Shown piece by piece: positions 39,315 to 47,352 of a stretch of DNA of 48,491 nucleotides. The notes beneath the pieces are model-generated. The model was not told the DNA's origin and ran no database searches. It worked only from the letters and a program-made list of their open reading frames with translations. The position numbers were made by a program, and so were the translations under genes. This DNA is from Candidatus Helarchaeota archaeon (GTDB taxonomy: Archaea; Asgardarchaeota; Lokiarchaeia; Helarchaeales; RDOG01). The DNA lies in the NCBI GenBank assembly GCA_029838215.1, contig JALGVI010000043.1:1-48491 (forward strand), in the 5' to 3' direction. The number at the start of each line of letters is the position of its first letter. Positions within the stretch are counted from its first letter, which is position 1.

Positions 39315-40439
39315 TTAGAATAATTTTAGATCTCGATTTGTTTCTTTCGCAACTTTAAATGCTAATTGCGGAAGATCCTTGTAAATTTCCTCTCTTTCTT
39401 GTCGAATCAATTCAATGACATCAGAAGGACAGTTTACCACGCAGACTCCACAACCCATGCACTTTCCTTGGTCAATTTCAGGTCCACTTTCATTTAGAGT
39501 TATCGCATTAAAATTGCATTTTTCGACGCACGTTTCGCATTGAATGCAATCAGTGATGTTCTTCACGTTTGCAAGATAGTTTGCGGCAGCCACGGCTCGT
39601 GGGTTATCCCACTTCGTGATTCCGCCAAGCAAGTTGCAGCAACAAGCACAACAACTGCAAATGAGCGTGTGGTGACCATCTCTGAAGTTTTCGGTTGTAT
39701 GGACCAAGCCAAGGTCTCGAAATTCTGAGACCAACTTCTTGGCTTCTTCCTTATCAATTTCCCGTGCCAGTCCGCGATCGATGAAATATCTCGCTCCTTG
39801 ATTGAGTCCCAGGCAAGTCTCTAAAGGATGGTCGCATTTTCTATTTCCAAAAAATTCGTACCGCATCCTGCAAAGACAGTTCTGCAGGCTAATTGTCTGC
39901 GCACTTTCTATGATTTTAAGGACATCTTCATGTGCCAGAATTTGATGTGAAACGGTTACGGATTCACGAACAGGAATTACTCTTGAAAGAGGCGTGTCCG
40001 GAGAGCCCTCGAAATTTCGATACCATTCTTCATCAACCATGAACTTATAACTTAATGTAGCCAATTTTTTTGCTTTTTCTTCCGGATACTTAAAGTAACT
40101 CAAGGTTGGAACGTCAAAAAGCATGAATGGAGCATGAATTGCATATCTTCTTGTCTTTGAGCCGATCCGCATCACGCAATCATTCTTGAAAAGACGCTCT
40201 AGTATCTCGGTGGCTTCCTCTTCGGATTTTTTAATTTTTTTAGCAAATTTCCGTGCAGTCATCGTGCTGGGAAATACGTTCAACTCCGCCAGATATTTCA
40301 CATCTTCAGGTGGGATGAGCACGCGTAAATATTCCATCCACGTGTCGCTAACGTTTCCTTGAGTTCCAATCTTGGACAATCCTTGAATGGAGGCATCTAG
40401 TTTCTTTGCTATTATCTCATAATATTTTTCATTTTCCAT
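39315..40439 (-). CDS. 4Fe-4S dicluster-domain protein with extra Cys-rich cluster
   Basis: CLCR, C..PLETC, ICSCCACCC, CIQCETCVEKC, CMGCGVCVVNCP. Start MENEK at 40439 inferred from AGGTGA (the track starts at 40481). Confidence 0.9.
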   Translation of the reverse strand: MENEKYYEIIAKKLDASIQGLSKIGTQGNVSDTWMEYLRVLIPPEDVKYLAELNVFPSTMTARKFAKKIKKSEEEATEILERLFKNDCVMRIGSKTRRYAIHAPFMLFDVPTLSYFKYPEEKAKKLATLSYKFMVDEEWYRNFEGSPDTPLSRVIPVRESVTVSHQILAHEDVLKIIESAQTISLQNCLCRMRYEFFGNRKCDHPLETCLGLNQGARYFIDRGLAREIDKEEAKKLVSEFRDLGLVHTTENFRDGHHTLICSCCACCCNLLGGITKWDNPRAVAAANYLANVKNITDCIQCETCVEKCNFNAITLNESGPEIDQGKCMGCGVCVVNCPSDVIELIRQEREEIYKDLPQLAFKVAKETNRDLKLF

Positions 40440-40455
40440 GAAATCACCTATTTTC

Positions 40456-41250
40456 TCATTCTTCCATTTCTTCGATTCCATATTTTTCCTTTAGAAATCT
40501 TTTATAATCGATCTTGAACATCGCCCAAACGATAACGATAGTGATGGCAAAGATCAAGCTCATTTCCACCCATGCAAATGGACCTGGTTCTGTTGAGCCG
40601 CCTCCAAATAGTGCTTCCAAAATCGGTCCTATAACGGGAATGAGTTCCCATGGGAAAAATACACCAACGGCACCAAGACAAGCCATCAATGCCATTAACG
40701 TGAGTTTTCCTAAAAACATAGAAATGACAGTTTTCGACATGCTAAATCCTGCCAATCCCAGAGGAATCGTGACCATATCATCATTTAAAGGAGTCGCACC
40801 AAAGATGTATAATAAGAACATCATCAAATATGGGCGTTTTTCAGCCAATAATTTAATATCTTCGATCTTTTCAATGTTTTTAGTTCGTAATGCTTCTCGG
40901 CTTCCGCGTCCAACTAAATATCCTACAATTTCACCGACGACACATCCTGCAGCGGCAACCAAGGCGGTCAACCACCAAAATGGCACGAAAGCAGCTGCAA
41001 CGGGGATCAAGATGAACGAATACGGCGTGGGAAGGGGCAACAAATTTCCAATAACACACACGATAAAAACTATTAATAAAGCCATTCCCAAAGGCGTGGT
41101 TGCTTGGATCAACGTGCCCCAAAATGCAAGTGAAAAAAGATGTCCAATATTAATTCCCATTAGGTCAAATACAAGTAAAATAATGGATAAAATTAGAACT
41201 GCAGCGAGACCAATGATCAAAAACCAATCTACCTTCTCTATTTTCACCAT
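40456..41250 (-). CDS. DedA/VTT (SNARE-associated Golgi protein) family membrane protein
   Basis: LPLPTPY, GCVVGEIVGYLVGR, FGATPLNDD...IPLGL.GF......MFLGK. Confidence 0.85.
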   Translation of the reverse strand: MVKIEKVDWFLIIGLAAVLILSIILLVFDLMGINIGHLFSLAFWGTLIQATTPLGMALLIVFIVCVIGNLLPLPTPYSFILIPVAAAFVPFWWLTALVAAAGCVVGEIVGYLVGRGSREALRTKNIEKIEDIKLLAEKRPYLMMFLLYIFGATPLNDDMVTIPLGLAGFSMSKTVISMFLGKLTLMALMACLGAVGVFFPWELIPVIGPILEALFGGGSTEPGPFAWVEMSLIFAITIVIVWAMFKIDYKRFLKEKYGIEEMEE

Positions 41251-41415
41251 TCAATTCAACTCGTGTAAGTTCTTTCACGTGAGTTTTAGAATTATTAATT
41301 ATTTATGATGAGATTAAAATTATTTATATGAAGTTAAATTTCATTTTAGCTTTTGATGACAGTGTCATGTCGTGAAAAATAAATTATTCGTATGGTATTA
41401 AAGAAGTGAATCAAC

Positions 41416-41856
41416 ATGAAATCCATCCACCTATCCGTGCTTGAACCCAAGATCGTCAAGCTTCTGTCTGACGAATTGGTATTGCAGGTAGATGATGAGG
41501 CAACATTATTTGACATCATTGCTCAGGCAGATAAAATCCTTACTGAGAAAAATGACGGCGATTTTCCCATAACCAAGATAAAGTGCCTGTTACAGTTGTT
41601 TTGGAATCCGATCTCTGAGGAGTTCTATGGAGACATTGCCTTGGAATCTCGAGATGCAGAAAACAATTGGCTCAGGTTGCGAAAATTTCCTTACATGAAG
41701 ATTCCTGATGGAAGTCGATTTGTTCTCGTGCCTGATGCTGGATGTTGATGAGACCCGTTTGAGGATAGAATATCTTACGATGAATTTCTCAAGGGTCTTG
41801 AGAAAAGGTTTGGACCGGAACATCCTATTGTCCTGCAATATAAGAAACTCGAATGA
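41416..41856 (+). CDS. Predicted selenoprotein: beta-grasp (MoaD/SAMP/ubiquitin-like) domain + Cys-Sec-Sec + 34-aa helical tail (146 aa); 110 aa if the first UGA terminates
   Basis: GAAGTGA before the ATG; LVLQVDDEATLFDII and IPDGSRFVLVPDAGC fit a beta-grasp fold. TGT-TGA-TGA (41743-51) is followed by in-frame DPFEDRISYDEFLKGLEKRFGPEHPIVLQYKKLE*, then a SECIS-like hairpin. Confidence 0.72.
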
Positions 41857-41892
41857 GTCCATCTTGTAAACCATGGGAAGATGGATGACGAG
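41848..41892 (+). promoter_or_regulatory. Eukaryote/Asgard-type SECIS element (kink-turn stem-loop)
   Basis: CUCG-AA-UGAG-UCCAUCUU-GU-AAA-CCAUGGG-AAGAUGGA-UGA-CGAG. Helix I CUCG/CGAG; 3-nt bulge; tandem GA/GA; perfect 8-bp helix UCCAUCUU/AAGAUGGA; AAA 11 nt after AUGA. Confidence 0.78.
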
Positions 41893-41922
41893 GGGGTTGC
41901 TCCCCATATTTTCTTAATTTTC
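41893..41922 (+). terminator. GGGG-TTGCT-CCCC hairpin followed by a T-rich tract
   Basis: 4-bp GC stem immediately 3' of the SECIS, then ATATTTTCTTAATTTTC. Confidence 0.4.
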
Positions 41923-42002
41923 TAAAAAACTTTTAAATGCAAGTTTGACTCATTAAATTCTATATTGAGTTCCAAAGGCAATTTCAAAAATGGTGCGTCA
42001 TC

Positions 42003-43301
42003 ATGGGAAAAATACGAATGATCTTATATGGATTTATCATATTTTTAATTTATTACTTGATTTATCAATTTTATCCTCGATATATCTTTGCATCACCGCT
42101 GGATTACGTAAACCAGTTAGATCTTTTTCTTCTGGGGCGAAATATTTTTTTCCTACCTTTCTTCATCTTGAGTTTATTTCTGTTTATAATGTTTCCTGTC
42201 GCTTGGGGTATTTATTTCCTTTCTTCTTTTGGTAAGATCAAGCTTCCAAAGGGTTCTGAAGACTTTTATCCTTCCATTTCAATCATCATTCCTGCTCTTA
42301 ATGAAGAAGCTGTAATTGGAGATTCGCTCGAATCTTTATTGGAGACAAATTATCCAAAGGACAAATTAGAATTAATCATAGTAGCAAGTAATTCAACTGA
42401 TAGGACAGTTGAGATTTGTGAAAAATATCAGGATAAAATACCCATGAAAATTCTCACTAAATCGCTTCCCATTAAGGGTAAGCCTGCTGCCTTAAATCAT
42501 GCAATAACGGAAGCTTCTCACGACATTCTTGCATTCTATGATGCAGACCTTGAAATGGAACCAGATACTTTACATTTTCTCGTGCGACCATTGTTCAATG
42601 AGAACGTTCACGCCGCAGTTGGAAACATACGACCTTCAAACTGGAATGTCAATTGGATGACAAAGACCATCGCACTTGAATACACGAATCATTCAGGAGC
42701 TGGGATTTTCACGGAAATAAGAAATAAAATCGGTTTGAGTGCGTTGATCTTAGGTCGCAATTGGTGTATTAGAAAGGATTCCTTAAAAAAGGTCGGCGGG
42801 TTCGATGAGAATTGTTTGACTGAAGACTTAAACCTATCTTATCGACTCATGGCAGAAAGCATGAAAATTGCTTTTTCCCCTAAAGCAGTCATTTCAGAAA
42901 AAGTTCCCACGACATTCAAGTCTTTTAAGCAACAACGAGAGCGCTGGATTGGAGGATACGTTCAGAACGTGACTGAAGAAATGGAAGTTCCTAAAAAAGA
43001 GGTCATTCCAAACATGATAATGATAACGCAATTCCAGCCAATGGTGGATTTTTCCATATTTCTCTTGATTGCATCGTTAATTTTTCTTTTTATTTTCAAT
43101 CAAGTCTTTTTATTCATGTGGTTCCTCATTCCATCACTTTGCATGACGGGCGTGATCTTAAATGGCATTCGAAAATACGGGCAAAAGAGGTTTGGCTTGA
43201 TCCTGTATTATCCCACGGCAATTTTCTTGAATACTTTCATGCTTTCATTACAATTCAAGAGGAAAAAGACGACAGAATGGGAGAAAACCATTCTAGAATA
43301 A
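42003..43301 (+). CDS. GT2 glycosyltransferase (cellulose synthase/PgaC-like, processive membrane type)
   Basis: IIPALNEE, GKPAALN, YDAD, TEDLNLS, QQRERW; N- and C-terminal TM helices. Confidence 0.93.
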   Translation: MGKIRMILYGFIIFLIYYLIYQFYPRYIFASPLDYVNQLDLFLLGRNIFFLPFFILSLFLFIMFPVAWGIYFLSSFGKIKLPKGSEDFYPSISIIIPALNEEAVIGDSLESLLETNYPKDKLELIIVASNSTDRTVEICEKYQDKIPMKILTKSLPIKGKPAALNHAITEASHDILAFYDADLEMEPDTLHFLVRPLFNENVHAAVGNIRPSNWNVNWMTKTIALEYTNHSGAGIFTEIRNKIGLSALILGRNWCIRKDSLKKVGGFDENCLTEDLNLSYRLMAESMKIAFSPKAVISEKVPTTFKSFKQQRERWIGGYVQNVTEEMEVPKKEVIPNMIMITQFQPMVDFSIFLLIASLIFLFIFNQVFLFMWFLIPSLCMTGVILNGIRKYGQKRFGLILYYPTAIFLNTFMLSLQFKRKKTTEWEKTILE

Positions 43302-43308
43302 TTTTTTT

Positions 43309-43935
43309 TCAATAAACACCTGCCACTTGTTCCGCGAACATCAAGGATTGCTGAATATGGTCATTTCCATTCTTGACTGTTTGCATGTGACCTGGACAAA
43401 GCCATTCCACGTCTAATTTCGCCAGTCTTTTAATTGAAGCTACGAGTTTTTGGATGCTTCCACCGGGCATGTCAGTCCTACCGATGCTTCCAAAACTAAA
43501 CACGCAATCACCTGAGAAAAGAACTTTTCGCTCTGGGTCATAAAAACAAATATCAAAAGGAGTATGACCTGGTGTATGGATGACTTCCAATTTTAGATCA
43601 TCGACTGCCGTGATCACGTCCCCATCTTTCAACAGAATCAATTTATTTCCAAAATTGGAATAGCGATTCTCCAGTTTTTCATAGACCAGCACTTCAGCAT
43701 CAAATTCCTTCTGAAAACGGTCCAAGTTTCCAGAGTGATCGGGATGCGGATGAGTCAGTGCTATTTTTTCAATTTTCACGTCATATTTTTTCAAGTGCTC
43801 GATAATTCGATCGGCTCCGGCAGGATCATATCCCGTGTCAATGAGAATCTTCTTTCCGTACACGTAAATATTCGAGTTAAATCCGGGTAATTCAAAATGA
43901 TACACTTCAGGAATTAAATAAGAAATAATGACCAC
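43309..43935 (-). CDS. MBL-fold metallo-hydrolase (glyoxalase II-like)
   Basis: LIDTG, THPHPDHSG, HTPGHT, FSGD, GRTD, PGH. Confidence 0.93.
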   Translation of the reverse strand: MVIISYLIPEVYHFELPGFNSNIYVYGKKILIDTGYDPAGADRIIEHLKKYDVKIEKIALTHPHPDHSGNLDRFQKEFDAEVLVYEKLENRYSNFGNKLILLKDGDVITAVDDLKLEVIHTPGHTPFDICFYDPERKVLFSGDCVFSFGSIGRTDMPGGSIQKLVASIKRLAKLDVEWLCPGHMQTVKNGNDHIQQSLMFAEQVAGVY

Positions 43936-43944
43936 CTATTTTCA

Positions 43945-44217
43945 TCAAGTTTGTAATAATTGTACCTTAGCCGTAATGATCATGATGAAATCCATCTGCT
44001 CATAGAACGAGATCAAGTATGGGATGCCGTCTTCTTTTCGAACTATCCAACCACATGCAAAATTCTCGTCATCACTTGGAGATAATCTTGCGATGATATC
44101 ACCCTTTAGATATCCTCCATACTTCTCTCTTGCATCTTCTTTGATATCGCGTGCAAAAAAATCTCCAGTATGGCGATATAGGTCCCAAAATTTTTGATCT
44201 TCTTCTAATTTCATCAA
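43945..44217 (-). CDS. Hypothetical protein, 90 aa
   Basis: Protein-like alpha/beta composition; directly upstream of the MBL gene on the same strand. Confidence 0.65.
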   Translation of the reverse strand: MMKLEEDQKFWDLYRHTGDFFARDIKEDAREKYGGYLKGDIIARLSPSDDENFACGWIVRKEDGIPYLISFYEQMDFIMIITAKVQLLQT

Positions 44218-44510
44218 TAATCAATCCTTTTTATTCACAACCGAATATTCTCATTCGATCTAAAATTTATTTGTATTGATCGAAGATTAATTCAGATGTC
44301 TATTTTCAAGTTTCGTGATAAATTAAGTATCTCGGTTATAAAAAAATTTAAATTCATCATAAGCAATGATAACAAAACTTGAATTAATCATGACGAGATG
44401 AAAAAAATGGGGTATCGTGTTCTCAATAATTGAGTATAGAAGACCTACTTTTTTACATATTAAATCTGATGTACCCCGACCGTCATTACTTATTCTACAT
44501 GTAAAACGAG

Positions 44511-46145
44511 GTGAAATTCTTGACAGACCCTAATGCAACGAAGAAGATATTTATTTCTCCACACATTGGAAAAGTTTCAAAAAACCTGAATCTACCCGAA
44601 TGCGTTCACATCTTCGACACGTCTCTTCGAGATGGGGAACAGTCACCGGGCATATCATACACGCTTGAGCAAAAAATCCAAATTGCTGAGCAATTAAACA
44701 AGTTGGGCGTGGATGTCATCGAAGCAGGAATGCCGATAGTTTCCCAAGGCGATTATGAAGCCTGCAAGGCAATCTCAAAGCTTGGACTTGAATCAGAAGT
44801 CATTGGCTTGGCACGAATTGAACGAGTTGACATTGACAAGGTAATAGAGTGTGACATGGAAGCCATTCACGTATTCATTGCTACTTCCGATCTACACTTG
44901 AAGGATAAGCTTAAGATGACTCGGGAACAGGTGCTAGAAGCCATCACGAAAGAAGTCGAATATGCCAAAGCACATTTTGGTGAAAAAATAGAGTTCTCGG
45001 CGGAAGATGCTACAAGAACGGATCTAGATTTCTTGATCGAGGCAAACCTTGCCGCAATTGAAGCAGGCGCGAAGCGCATTAACATACCCGATACGGTCGG
45101 GACAATTACTCCCCCTGGCTATGCGTATATCATCAAAGAAAATATCTCAAGATTCCCAAAGGATATCCGCGTGTCCTTGCATTGCCATAATGATTTTGGA
45201 TTAGCCACGGCAAATACTCTTGCAGGAATAGAAGCCGGAGCGACACAAGCGGAAACCACGATCTTGGGATTGGGTGAACGGGCAGGAAATGCCTGTCTTG
45301 AAGAAGTTGTCATGTCGTTGCACGTATTGTATGGCGTGCGTACAAATATAAAGCATCAATATCTTTACGAAACTTCTAAATTGGTTGAGAGACTCTCCAG
45401 TTTCCCAATTCCAACAAATTTGCCATTGGTCGGTGAAAATGCCTTTCGTCATGAATCGGGAATTCATGCTCATGCAGTCATCATGAATCCGCGAACATAT
45501 GAACCGTTTACGCCGGAAATGATTGGCATTCCTCGAACCGATAGGTTGGAAGACGTGGTAGAACAAGCGATATCTGTTGGGAAGCACACGGGTGGACATA
45601 GTCTTGGTGCAAAATTAAAATCTATGGGCTTCAGCGTATCTAAAACACAATTCAATGAGATTCGAAATCGCGTGAAGGAGATTGGAGACAAAGGAAAACA
45701 AGTTACGGACATGGATTTATACGAAATTGCAATTAACATGCTGGGTGAAGTGCCCGAGGAGCTTTCCACGTTGAAGCTCGAAGAGTTAACAGTGACATGT
45801 GGTAAAAATGTCACGCCAACTGCAACGGTTCGGCTAAAAATTAAAATAGACGATCATTGGGACGAAAGAGTTTCAGCTGCAATTGGAGTAGGGCCCGTGG
45901 ATGCTGCCTGCAACGCGCTTGCTAAAGTCTGGGAAAAATTTGGCTTTGGAAAAATGACTCTCACGGAGTACCATTTGGACGCTATTACCGGAGGGACGGA
46001 TGCTCTGGGTCGCGTGAAAGTCAGAATGACGGATGTTTTTGGAAAAGCAGTCGATTCGCGTGCTGTAAATCCTGATATCGTGATGTCTAGCATTCAAGCA
46101 ATGATAAATGGAATGAACAGATATCTAGCGGAAAAAAAAAGATAA
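44511..46145 (+). CDS. leuA: 2-isopropylmalate synthase family (LeuA/CimA) with C-terminal regulatory domain
   Basis: IFDTSLRDGEQ, SAEDATR, PDTVG, HCHNDFGLA, GLGERAGNA, HESGIH, GVGPVDA. The true start may be the TTG at 44520, since the GTG at 44511 lies inside GAGGTGA. Confidence 0.92.
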   Translation: MKFLTDPNATKKIFISPHIGKVSKNLNLPECVHIFDTSLRDGEQSPGISYTLEQKIQIAEQLNKLGVDVIEAGMPIVSQGDYEACKAISKLGLESEVIGLARIERVDIDKVIECDMEAIHVFIATSDLHLKDKLKMTREQVLEAITKEVEYAKAHFGEKIEFSAEDATRTDLDFLIEANLAAIEAGAKRINIPDTVGTITPPGYAYIIKENISRFPKDIRVSLHCHNDFGLATANTLAGIEAGATQAETTILGLGERAGNACLEEVVMSLHVLYGVRTNIKHQYLYETSKLVERLSSFPIPTNLPLVGENAFRHESGIHAHAVIMNPRTYEPFTPEMIGIPRTDRLEDVVEQAISVGKHTGGHSLGAKLKSMGFSVSKTQFNEIRNRVKEIGDKGKQVTDMDLYEIAINMLGEVPEELSTLKLEELTVTCGKNVTPTATVRLKIKIDDHWDERVSAAIGVGPVDAACNALAKVWEKFGFGKMTLTEYHLDAITGGTDALGRVKVRMTDVFGKAVDSRAVNPDIVMSSIQAMINGMNRYLAEKKR

Positions 46146-46162
46146 AATAAAATGGTGAAATT

Positions 46163-47329
46163 ATGAGCAAGTACAAGATTGTTGTATTACCAGGCGATGG
46201 AATCGGTCCTGAAATTGTCGATGAAGCATTGAAGGTGCTGAAGACACTTGAAGGAGCATCAAACAAGCTTGATTTCGAATTCCTTCAATTCGAATGTGGT
46301 GGACAATATTATCTCAAAACAGGAAGGAAAGAAGAATGGCCCCCTGAGGTTTTCGATATTTGCAAGAACGAAGCAGATGCGATACTTCTTGGAGCAATAG
46401 GGTGGACCGACCCAAAAACAGGAAAAACAGTTTCTTATCCATCTGGGAAAATGGTTGGCTTGGAAATTCTTTTTGGACTCCGTTTCGGGTTAGACCTGTA
46501 TGCAAATATACGTCCGACCAAGTTGTACGAAAACGTGCCTCACAAGATTTCAGGGGAATTTCGTCAAATATGGGACCCTAAAAACGTTGATTTCGTCACG
46601 ATTCGAGAAAATACCGAGGGTCTCTATGCTGACACGCACGGAGGTCTCAACCGAGGTGGACAGATTGAGGTTGCAACGGACGTGCGTTTAATTACGAGAA
46701 AAGGCGCGGAACGAGTCATTAAATTTGCTTTCGACTATTGTACACGGCGAAATAAAGGATCTCCTAAAGATGGGAAGCTTCGAGTGACGTGCGTGGATAA
46801 AAGTAATGTCACCGCAGGGTGCAAGTTATTTCGATCTATTTACCAAGAAATTGCTCCTAAATATCCCAATATACAAGAAGATTATGCATTCATTGATGCC
46901 TTTACTCAGTGGATAGTAAGAACTCCCGAATGGTTTGATGTCTGCGTCGTGGCAAACATGTTTGGAGACATTGCCACGGATCTTGCAGCGGTATTACAGG
47001 GTTCGCTAGGAATGGCAGCAAGTGGTAATGTTGGTGATAAGCACGGCATGTTTGAACCGATTCACGGTTCAGCCCCGAAATATACGGGTAAAAACGTCAT
47101 AAATCCATTAGCAACCATTTTCGCGGCTTCAATGATGCTCGATTGGCTCTCTATGAAAAATAATGATGAGCCCACCTTGAAATCAGGTGCTGACATGATT
47201 GAAAAAGCCATTCAACTCGTGCTAAATGAAGGCAAGATACGCACGTATGACCTAGGTGGAAATTCTTCGACTTCTCAGGTTGGAGATGCCGTATCAGCAA
47301 AAGTGAAAGAACTTGCAAGAAACATGTAA
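46163..47329 (+). CDS. leuB: Isopropylmalate/isocitrate-family beta-decarboxylating dehydrogenase (LeuB-like)
   Basis: [55 protein letters not shown]. Confidence 0.85.
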   Translation: MSKYKIVVLPGDGIGPEIVDEALKVLKTLEGASNKLDFEFLQFECGGQYYLKTGRKEEWPPEVFDICKNEADAILLGAIGWTDPKTGKTVSYPSGKMVGLEILFGLRFGLDLYANIRPTKLYENVPHKISGEFRQIWDPKNVDFVTIRENTEGLYADTHGGLNRGGQIEVATDVRLITRKGAERVIKFAFDYCTRRNKGSPKDGKLRVTCVDKSNVTAGCKLFRSIYQEIAPKYPNIQEDYAFIDAFTQWIVRTPEWFDVCVVANMFGDIATDLAAVLQGSLGMAASGNVGDKHGMFEPIHGSAPKYTGKNVINPLATIFAASMMLDWLSMKNNDEPTLKSGADMIEKAIQLVLNEGKIRTYDLGGNSSTSQVGDAVSAKVKELARNM

Positions 47330-47352
47330 ACAAAAATTAGTAGGAAGTACTC

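Noticed and set aside
40514-41308. Long antisense ORFs (this one of 264 aa; also 199-465, 6698-7225, 23152-23691, 34527-35171 and many short ones)
   Set aside because: Shadows of well-supported genes on the opposite strand or frame, with no motifs.
41590-41907. Antisense 105-aa ORF overlapping the selenoprotein/SECIS
   Set aside because: Not protein-like; explained as a shadow of the plus-strand coding and structured sequence.
43936-43947. Second TGA-TGA pair, ending the 90-aa minus-strand ORF (ACT TGA TGA AAA TAG)
   Set aside because: No adjacent Cys; readthrough adds only one Lys; the region doubles as the RBS of the MBL gene; no SECIS-like hairpin seen downstream. Treated as a plain double stop.
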